NCBI GenBank assembly: GCA_028710695.1
Contig: JAQTTP010000002.1
Location: forward strand, 92,373 to 124,372
Reading direction: 5' to 3'
Source of the DNA: Candidatus Iainarchaeum sp.
GTDB taxonomy: Archaea > Iainarchaeota > Iainarchaeia > Iainarchaeales > 0-14-0-20-30-16
Length of the DNA stretch: 32,000 nt
Numbering within the stretch: the first letter of the stretch is position 1; each line of letters opens with the position of its first letter. The notes below the pieces were generated by a model. That model was not told where the DNA came from, did no database searches, and worked only from the letters and a program-made list of their open reading frames with translations. The position numbers and the translations under genes are program-made. Of this stretch, positions 1 to 5,566 are shown piece by piece.

Positions 1-601
1 CTATAACAAAAGTCTTCTTTTCTTTGTCTCTTAGCTTCAAAATAAGGTCTACTATGCTTTGCCCTGTCTTTGTATCTAAATTTCCAGTAGGCTCGTCCGC
101 AAAGATTATTTCAGGGTCATTTATTAATGCCCTAGCAATACTTACTCTTTGCCTTTCTCCTCCAGAAAGCTCTGCAGGCTTGTGCTTAAGCCTATGGCTC
201 ATCCCAACTGCTTTTAGAAGGGAAATCGCCCTTTGTGTTTTTTCTTCATTCTTTCCATCTGGGATTGTAGGAATTAGTACATTTTCCAAAACATTTAGGG
301 TTGGGATCAAATTAAAGGATTGAAACACAAATCCAAGATAATAACGTCTAAACACCGCCAAACTAAAGTCGTCTAATTCAGATATTTTTTTGCCTTTTAT
401 GTATACGTCACCAGTTGTTGGATGATCCAAAGCGCCCAAAATGTGGAGCAAAGTGGATTTTCCAGATCCTGATGGCCCAAGAATCATTATTATCTGAGAC
501 TTTTTCACATCTAGACTTACCCCATTAAGGGCATTTACTGTGGTCTCACCCAAGACATATGATTTAACCACATCTTTTGCTTGTATTATATTTTCCACCA
601 T
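1..601 (-). CDS. ABC transporter ATP-binding subunit (MacB/LolD-type), C-terminus cut by window edge
   Basis: Absent from the ORF track because it runs off the window. My minus-strand translation from ATG at 601-599 reads MVENIIQAKDVVKSYVLGETTVNALNGVSLDVKKSQIIMILGPSGSGKSTLLHILGALDHP... It has Walker A GPSGSGKS, ABC signature LSGGERQR and Walker B IIFADEPT. The start lies 5 nt after the stop of the upstream permease. Confidence 0.9.
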   Translation of the reverse strand, partial: MVENIIQAKDVVKSYVLGETTVNALNGVSLDVKKSQIIMILGPSGSGKSTLLHILGALDHPTTGDVYIKGKKISELDDFSLAVFRRYYLGFVFQSFNLIPTLNVLENVLIPTIPDGKNEEKTQRAISLLKAVGMSHRLKHKPAELSGGERQRVSIARALINDPEIIFADEPTGNLDTKTGQSIVDLILKLRDKEKKTFVI

Positions 602-606
602 AATCA

Positions 607-1752
607 TCACTCATCTCTCAATGCTTCAACAGGATCCATTTTTGAGGCCTTTACTGCGGGATATATTCCGCCAACAAGGCCAATAAATATTCCAAAAGCA
701 AATATCTCAAAAATTAAGGTCAAAGATATTACTGTGTCTATTCCAATAACAAATCCAAGTAATTTACTTATTATTGTTCCAATTATCAATGCAATTATAC
801 TTCCAACAATTGACAAAAACACAGATTCTAAAATTATCATAAAAATTATATTCTTTTTTGTCCAACCAACTGCTTTTAAGGTTCCAAGTTCCCTTGTCCT
901 TTCCATTACAGACATTAGCATTGTATTTATTATTCCAATTGCTGCAACAAAAGCAGAAATCAAAGAAACAAATACTGCAATAAGTCGCAAATTCAAAAGC
1001 AAACTATTTACTTGTTCCATCATTTCTTCTTGTCCTTGCGCTTTTAACTCATCATAACTAAATTCTATTTTTTTAGAAATTTGTGTTGCATCCGCGCCCG
1101 CATCAGGAATCACATAAAAAGAATTTACTTTGCCTTTTTTGTAAGGATAATTTTCTCTAAAATCGTCAACAGGCATTATAATTGCATTTACTGGAAATGA
1201 AGAATTAGCTTCGTATATTCCAATAACTTCAAACTTTGCAGATCCAACTTTTAAACTATCGCCAAGGCCTTTAAGATATTGCTCTGAAATATCTTTTGAT
1301 ATCATTACTACTCCATTATCCCCAGATTTTAAGCCCCTGCCTTTGTAAATTGCATCAATAAAAGCACTATAACTACTGTTTTCAAATTGGCCTGGATCTA
1401 TAGCATAAATATATGGCTGGTCAAACATAGAGCCACCGACAGCTTTATTTTGAATCTCAGTAACAAAATAATACTGTTCTGGAACAACTTCTTTTACACC
1501 TTGAATTTTGCTTAATTTTTGTTCATAACCTTCATCAATAGAACTAAATACCTGGTCCACTGCAGATTCTTGAGATACAATAATGCCCTGCATTTTTCCA
1601 ATAGTACTTTGTGCTTCGTTATTTATTCCATCAACAAAAGAAATCAATACCAATAATAAACAAAGACCAATTGCAATTCCCAAAAAAGTTAATATACTTC
1701 TGCTTTTTCTTCGGAATATATTAAGAAATGCGGACTTAGCAATCTCAAACAT
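607..1752 (-). CDS. ABC transporter permease, FtsX/MacB family (one N-terminal TM, large extracytoplasmic domain, three C-terminal TMs)
   Basis: 381-aa ORF. N-terminus is FLNIFRRKSRSILTFLGIAIG. C-terminal FtsX-like block is MSVMERTRELGTLKAVGWTKKNI...GGIYPAVKASKMDPVEALR. Paralog of the adjacent gene, separated from it by 1 nt. Confidence 0.85.
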   Translation of the reverse strand: MFEIAKSAFLNIFRRKSRSILTFLGIAIGLCLLLVLISFVDGINNEAQSTIGKMQGIIVSQESAVDQVFSSIDEGYEQKLSKIQGVKEVVPEQYYFVTEIQNKAVGGSMFDQPYIYAIDPGQFENSSYSAFIDAIYKGRGLKSGDNGVVMISKDISEQYLKGLGDSLKVGSAKFEVIGIYEANSSFPVNAIIMPVDDFRENYPYKKGKVNSFYVIPDAGADATQISKKIEFSYDELKAQGQEEMMEQVNSLLLNLRLIAVFVSLISAFVAAIGIINTMLMSVMERTRELGTLKAVGWTKKNIIFMIILESVFLSIVGSIIALIIGTIISKLLGFVIGIDTVISLTLIFEIFAFGIFIGLVGGIYPAVKASKMDPVEALRDE

Positions 1753-1753
1753 C

Positions 1754-2902
1754 TTAATTACCCCTCAAAGCTTCAACTGGATCCATTTTCGATGCAACTA
1801 TTGCGGGATATATTCCACCCAAAATCCCCAAAACAAATGCAAACAAAAAACATTGTATTACTAATGAAAAAGTTACTGCAGTATTAATTGCAAAAAAATA
1901 TTCAAACAAAGCACTTCCGACAATACCAATAACTATTCCCAAGATGCCCCCAAATATACCAATTATTGCAGATTCGAAAACAACTGAATAAATTATATTT
2001 GCCTTACTCCAACCAACTGCTTTCAAAGTCCCAATTTCTTTTATTCTTTCCATTACTGACATCAGCATTGTATTTACAACACCCAACCCAGCAATTATTG
2101 CAGCAATAAGTGTAACAACAATAACTAAATATCTTAAATAATCTAAAAAAGAGCCAACGGTTTTCATTCTTTCTTGTTGCCCAACTGCTTTCAATTCCTC
2201 ATATTTGAATTCAATTTTTTCAGCAATTGCATCAGATTCAGAAGGATCTACAGTAATAACATTAAAAAGATTTGTTTTATCCATTGCAATTCCATAGCTT
2301 TCTCTTGCACCATCTAAAGAAATTAAAATTTGTTTTTCAAGAGTGCTTGTTTCTGCTTTAAAAATGCCTTTTATCTTAAACTCCTTGCCATCCAAATCTA
2401 TTTTTGAGCCAATAGATTTTTTATAATCTTCTGCAAGCACAGTAGATATCAACACATAATCTTTATCTGAGCTTTTCAACAGTTGCCCAGAAATTAAATT
2501 TTCTTTAACTGTATTGTAAATCAATTCGTCATAATTTTCTGGATCTAGACCAATAACAGAATAACTACTTTGCGGCCCAGTTGCAACTGTTTTTTTATTA
2601 TCAATAGTTCCCACAATTTGCAAAATCTGCGGTATTGCAACTTTTACACCTTGGACACTTTCTAATTTCATTTTATAGGACATGCTCATTTCGCTTGCAA
2701 AAGGAGCTAAAGCATCCGCACTAAAAACAGTAATTCCCTGCATTTTTCCCAAAGTTGCAAAAGATTCCTCATATAAGCCATCAACAACAGAAACAAGAAT
2801 AATTAAAGAGGCAATTCCCACAATAATTCCAAGAAGAGCCAATGCAGTCCTCTTTTTTCTACGAAATATATTTAGAAATGCAACCTTAATTAAATTATAC
2901 AT
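1754..2902 (-). CDS. ABC transporter permease, FtsX/MacB family (paralog of 607-1752)
   Basis: 382-aa ORF with the same architecture and motifs (MSVMERIKEIGTLKAVGWSKANI...GGIYPAIVASKMDPVEALR). ATG at 2902 sits 1 nt after the stop of the upstream gene. Confidence 0.85.
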   Translation of the reverse strand: MYNLIKVAFLNIFRRKKRTALALLGIIVGIASLIILVSVVDGLYEESFATLGKMQGITVFSADALAPFASEMSMSYKMKLESVQGVKVAIPQILQIVGTIDNKKTVATGPQSSYSVIGLDPENYDELIYNTVKENLISGQLLKSSDKDYVLISTVLAEDYKKSIGSKIDLDGKEFKIKGIFKAETSTLEKQILISLDGARESYGIAMDKTNLFNVITVDPSESDAIAEKIEFKYEELKAVGQQERMKTVGSFLDYLRYLVIVVTLIAAIIAGLGVVNTMLMSVMERIKEIGTLKAVGWSKANIIYSVVFESAIIGIFGGILGIVIGIVGSALFEYFFAINTAVTFSLVIQCFLFAFVLGILGGIYPAIVASKMDPVEALRGN

Positions 2903-2903
2903 T

Positions 2904-4115
2904 CTAATTACCTTTCAAAGACCGCAACTCTTTCTTTTTTGTTTTATTTTTTTTGTAGAAATATATTCCAACTCCAATTCCAATTATTATAATAATATAA
3001 ACCAACCAAGCAAAAGAAATATCTTTTTTCACAATAAATAATGGGACTTCTTTTGTAAAGGTATATTCCTTGTCATATTGATCTAAATAGGAAATTTCCA
3101 CGTTTATTTTTTGGGTCCCTGTTTCAGCATTACTTAAAACATGCAAGTCAAAAATCCCTGAACTAGAATCATCTTCTTCTAATGAACCAACATAGGCAAT
3201 ATCAATTCCTTCGACTACTTGATTTTCCAATATTTTCATAGATGCGGATTTTATTGTAGACTTAGAAATATTTTCCAATTGTATGGACAAAGAAAAGTAA
3301 CCATCTTGTTTAAGTTTTGTTTCTCCAGTACTTAGAGATTTATCAATTGATGAAATTATTACAGTTGGCTTGTCTTCTACAATAAATGATACTGTCTCTA
3401 CATCGCTTATTGATCCTACTGCGTTAGCATTTAAATCAACATCAAATAATGCAGGAGTTGCATTTTTTGAAATTAAAAAAGTAAAAATTACATCTTTTGT
3501 TTGACCTGGATCTAAATCCCCCAAAAACTTTGACTTTTCGTCAAGAGCAATTAATTTATTTGTTCCAAAATCTGCCTCAACTTTAATTCCTTTCAAGGTA
3601 TTATTTCCTTCGTTTTTTACATATCCTTTTAGTTCAACCTTTTCATCAAGATATTTTTTATCCAAAGGATATTCAGTTAGAACCAAATTTATTTTATCAT
3701 AGTTTGAAACATTAATTGTTGTTTGGGTGTTAATAGTATACTTTTCTAGGCCATCTCTAAGATATTCAATTTTTACTGGTATTGAATAATAGCCCCCCTT
3801 TACAGAATCCTTAACTTTAAACCTCAATGCAAAGTTTCCAGTCTGACTAAACTTAATTACATCTAAATGATCAAGGCCAGTAATTATTTCAAAATCATTA
3901 CTAGTGGGCACAAGACTTACATTTACATCTTCTGCATCAACAGTGCTAGAAATGTTCTCTAATGTTATATTAATGCTAGCTTCACTATTCGGGTATATTG
4001 TTGTTGGATAAGAATTAGTGGAATCAACCTCAAGAATATAGGCATAATTCGAAGTCGCAGAGAATCCAAAACTCGCCAAAAGCAATACAAAAAATAAAAT
4101 CAAGAATTTTTTCAT
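2904..4115 (-). CDS. Secreted multi-domain beta-sandwich (CARDB/COG1361 'S-layer domain'-like) protein with C-terminal TM anchor
   Basis: I place the start at the internal ATG at 4115 (MKKFLILFFVLLLASFGFSA, a Sec-type signal). It is preceded by GGGGG and a TATA-like AAATATATAAAGG on the minus strand. About four repeats of a ~100-aa pattern occur (INITLENIS..., VELKGYVKNEGNNTLKGIKVEADF, FSLSIQLENISKSTIKSASMKI). Many N-x-S/T sequons. The C-terminus is a TM (WLVYIIIIIGIGVGIYFY) followed by a KKNKTKKK tail. First gene of the ABC operon. The fold assignment is inference. Confidence 0.6.
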   Translation of the reverse strand: MKKFLILFFVLLLASFGFSATSNYAYILEVDSTNSYPTTIYPNSEASINITLENISSTVDAEDVNVSLVPTSNDFEIITGLDHLDVIKFSQTGNFALRFKVKDSVKGGYYSIPVKIEYLRDGLEKYTINTQTTINVSNYDKINLVLTEYPLDKKYLDEKVELKGYVKNEGNNTLKGIKVEADFGTNKLIALDEKSKFLGDLDPGQTKDVIFTFLISKNATPALFDVDLNANAVGSISDVETVSFIVEDKPTVIISSIDKSLSTGETKLKQDGYFSLSIQLENISKSTIKSASMKILENQVVEGIDIAYVGSLEEDDSSSGIFDLHVLSNAETGTQKINVEISYLDQYDKEYTFTKEVPLFIVKKDISFAWLVYIIIIIGIGVGIYFYKKNKTKKKELRSLKGN

Positions 4116-4352
4116 TAATAAGCCCCCAATTAATATTATATAAGTATAGTCAGGAGCCTTTATATATTTTGTTTTTATGTGCAGCACATAAGGCAATAAT
4201 AACAATAGTCAGACAAAAAACAATAAAAAATTGCTTTGTGGCATTTATGCCACTGTTTTTCTTTTGGAAGACTGCAGCTTTTCCAAGAATCTTTTTTGCA
4301 AAGCAAAAAAATTCAGGGGCTAAAGCAGTTTGTGAAACAAACTGGCTTTTTC

Positions 4353-4371
4353 CTTTTCCAAAAAAGAAAAG
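4353..4371 (-). terminator. tRNA-Cys 3' trailer: short hairpin embedded in an oligo-T run
   Basis: The minus strand after the tRNA reads TACCAAGCTTTTCTTTTTTGGAAAAGG. The stem is CTTTTC/GAAAAG. The 22 nt AAGCTTTTCTTTTTTGGAAAAG are identical to the tRNA-Ser trailer. Confidence 0.5.
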
Positions 4372-4378
4372 CTTGGTA

Positions 4379-4450
4379 AGCAGGAGATGGGAGTTGAACC
4401 CACAATCGCCCGGTCTGCAGCCGGAAGCATTACCATTCTGCTACTCCTGC
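4379..4450 (-). tRNA. tRNA-Cys (GCA)
   Basis: Hand-folded 72 nt: acceptor GCAGGAG/CTCCTGC, D-arm GCAGAATGGTAATGC, anticodon stem TCCGG/CCGGG with loop CTGCAGA, T-arm GTGGG TTCAACT CCCAT, discriminator T. No encoded CCA. Confidence 0.9.
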
Positions 4451-4477
4451 CCCGAGAACAAACTTTCCCGTTAGAGT

Positions 4478-4508
4478 TGTATGTTGAACCAAAGGTTCAA
4501 GCATACTT
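4478..4508. repeat. 31-nt element copy A (TGTATGTTGAACCAAAGGTTCAAGCATACTT), an imperfect dyad
   Basis: Identical over 31 nt to 4768-4798. Arms GTATGTTGAACC / GGTTCAAGCATAC give 12 bp with one bulged G and an AAA centre. It lies between a TATA-like A/T box (4509-4523) and tRNA-Cys on the minus strand. Confidence 0.9.
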
Positions 4509-4523
4509 GCTTTTTTTTATAAG
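4509..4523 (-). promoter_or_regulatory. TATA-like box candidate for tRNA-Cys (minus strand CTTATAAAAAAAAGC)
   Basis: A/T box directly upstream (in minus sense) of 31-nt repeat copy A and about 60 nt upstream of the mature tRNA-Cys 5' end. The tRNA-Met trailer T-run lies further upstream, which argues for an independent transcription unit. Confidence 0.35.
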
Positions 4524-4526
4524 ACT

Positions 4527-4542
4527 GCGACATTTATGTCGC
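4527..4542. other. Perfect inverted repeat GCGACAT-TT-ATGTCGC
   Basis: 7-bp arms. It is a sequence relative of GTGGCAT-TT-ATGCCAC at 4238-4253, sharing the CATTTATG core. Confidence 0.7.
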
Positions 4543-4565
4543 CAGAGTTTTCTTTGGGAGGCTGT

Positions 4566-4589
4566 AGCTTTCTTTTACAAAAGAAAGCT
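4566..4589 (-). terminator. tRNA-Met 3' trailer hairpin with T-run
   Basis: The minus strand after the discriminator reads CTAAGCTTTCTTTTGTAAAAGAAAGCT. This is an 11-bp palindrome AGCTTTCTTTT/AAAAGAAAGCT with a 2-nt centre. Confidence 0.55.
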
Positions 4590-4592
4590 TAG

Positions 4593-4732
4593 TGCCAAGG
4601 GGGAGACTTGAACTCCCGTCCTCCAGATTTCTCTCCGAAATCTGGTTAAATCATCGCTTGCAAAGCAAGCTCATAATTCATAACCACGAATAGTTATGAG
4701 TCTGGCGCTCCAACCAACTGAGCTACCTTGGC
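4593..4732 (-). tRNA. tRNA-Met (CAU; elongator-type, or tRNA-Ile2 if C34 is modified) with a 66-nt intron
   Basis: Acceptor GCCAAGG/CCTTGGC, D-arm GCTC AGTTGGTTG GAGC, anticodon stem CCAGA/TCTGG with loop CTCATAA, T-arm GGGAG TTCAAGT CTCCC, discriminator A. The exons sum to 74 nt. G1-C72 and a non-GGG anticodon stem argue against an initiator. Confidence 0.8.
4629..4694 (-). other. tRNA intron at the canonical 37/38 position (boundaries ambiguous by +/-1 because of flanking A residues)
   Basis: Minus-strand sequence is ACTATTCGTGGTTATGAATTATGAGCTTGCTTTGCAAGCGATGATTTAACCAGATTTCGGAGAGAA. Internal helices are TGGTTA/TAACCA and GCTTGC/GCAAGC. TTATGAG is complementary to the anticodon loop CTCATAA. 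Confidence 0.7.
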
Positions 4733-4734
4733 CC

Positions 4735-4754
4735 TAGCCTTTTACAAAAGGCTA
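4735..4754 (-). promoter_or_regulatory. tRNA-Met 5' leader palindrome abutting the mature 5' end
   Basis: Minus strand reads TAGCCTTTTGTAAAAGGCTA: 9-bp arms with a 2-nt centre, ending 2 nt before tRNA position 1. It shares the CTTTTGTAAAAG core with the trailer palindrome. Confidence 0.6.
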
Positions 4755-4767
4755 AGTTTGCCAAAAG

Positions 4768-4798
4768 TGTATGTTGAACCAAAGGTTCAAGCATACTT
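4768..4798. repeat. 31-nt element copy B (identical to 4478-4508)
   Basis: Exactly 290 bp from copy A. It is again flanked on its minus-strand upstream side by an A/T box (GCTAAATAAAATT, 4799-4811) and lies upstream of tRNA-Met. Confidence 0.9.
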
Positions 4799-4900
4799 AA
4801 TTTTATTTAGCAAAACTGAGCCAGACTTGTAAAATTCTCATGTACAAGGATATATTCCTATCTTTAACCTTTTTTAGATAAGAAAGACTTATATTCTATT

Positions 4901-5566
4901 CTATTCCTCTAAGGCGTTATAATCATAAAGAAATTTGTTCATTCCATCCAAAATGTCTTGTTCATAAATTGTTTTTTCATTTATTACTATTCCGGGAATA
5001 TAATTTACGTCATAAAACTCTAAAATATTATCCACTGCACTAATTCCTACCTCAGAAGGAATACTAAAAATCCAAACCTTATCGCCATATTTGTCTTTAA
5101 TATCTTGTATCGCTGTTTCTAAAGGAGCACATTCATTACAGTTATAAGGATAAAAATACAAAATATAGTTTTTCACATACTGCGGACAAATAGAATTAAA
5201 CTTCTTAAGCCTCAACCACAAATCTAAATTATTGTACACATATTCTTTTTGTAATTTTTTTACTTCTTCTAAATTATCTTTGTCATCAGCAGCCAGATTA
5301 ACTTTCTTTCCCAAATCATACAAAAAATCTGACAACCCAATTAGCTGGTTCTCCATTAAATCACAAGAATTGGCATCAACCATAGTATCATAAAAATTCA
5401 TAGTTATTTTTAGATCTGTACTTTTATTGTAAATATCCAAAATATCATCATTCAAATCTGTTTTTTTCCAATCATAAACAAGATTTGCAAAAAGCAATGC
5501 AAAAAACATTACAGCAAAGGTAAATGCCAGAGCTTTATAAAATATTTTTTTCTTTCCGTTGTCCAT
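4901..5566 (-). CDS. Membrane-anchored thioredoxin-fold protein (CNEC active-site-like motif)
   Basis: N-terminal TM (FYKALAFTFAVMFFALLFANLV). C-terminal thioredoxin-like block YFYPYNCNECAPLE...NYIPGIVIN (CxxC plus cis-Pro-like). ATG at 5566 is preferred over the track's GTG at 5575, since it forms a TAATG stop/start overlap with the GT2 gene and follows GGTGGAG. Confidence 0.6.
   Translation of the reverse strand: MDNGKKKIFYKALAFTFAVMFFALLFANLVYDWKKTDLNDDILDIYNKSTDLKITMNFYDTMVDANSCDLMENQLIGLSDFLYDLGKKVNLAADDKDNLEEVKKLQKEYVYNNLDLWLRLKKFNSICPQYVKNYILYFYPYNCNECAPLETAIQDIKDKYGDKVWIFSIPSEVGISAVDNILEFYDVNYIPGIVINEKTIYEQDILDGMNKFLYDYNALEE

Noticed and set aside
607-2902. The duplicated permease genes as an assembly artefact
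   Set aside because: The proteins are clearly diverged across most of their length, especially in the extracytoplasmic domains. High nucleotide similarity is confined to the conserved C-terminal FtsX region. Paired non-identical FtsX permeases are a normal heterodimeric arrangement.
24-3041. Plus-strand ORFs from the track (24-323, 581-1057, 1583-1864, 2682-3041) lying antisense to the ABC operon
   Set aside because: Each sits entirely inside a longer minus-strand gene that has clear ABC or FtsX motifs. Their translations are low-complexity and hydrophobic, as expected from reading AT-rich coding sequence in reverse. The same logic applies to the other nested or antisense track ORFs: 5927-6187, 6333-6533, 7394-7654, 9861-10091, 12110-13211, 13978-14169, 15486-15797, 16182-16367, 16486-16680, 17425-17658, 18539-18847, 20318-20596, 20929-21153, 22841-23242, 24218-24430, 24581-24964, 26056-26274, 27625-27834, 27916-28122 and 29829-30224.
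4169-4611. Track ORFs 4169-4474 and 4387-4611 (and 31762-31968 at the right edge) as small proteins
   Set aside because: They read straight through the tRNA genes on the opposite strand; GVEPTIARSAAGS and GIRTLASLRRLGLKPSALDHFATPA are typical tRNA translations. They also run through hairpin-rich spacers and have no start context.
4629-4694. A complete box C/D guide sRNA inside the tRNA-Met intron
   Set aside because: I can see only one C-like box (GCGATGA) and a D'-like ATGA. There is no CTGA box D, no second C/D pair and no convincing guide region. I kept it only as a possible K-turn hairpin in the findings.
4478-4798. The identical 31-nt repeats as a mini-CRISPR array
   Set aside because: There are only two copies and they are 290 bp apart, far beyond spacer length. 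Each is associated with a tRNA gene, and there are no cas genes. They are interpreted as a promoter-proximal element instead.
4116-4900. tRNA island as an integration site of a mobile element or prophage remnant
   Set aside because: The window has no integrase, transposase or phage-like genes. I found no direct repeat of a tRNA 3' end (att-like duplication). The flanking genes are ordinary and co-directional.
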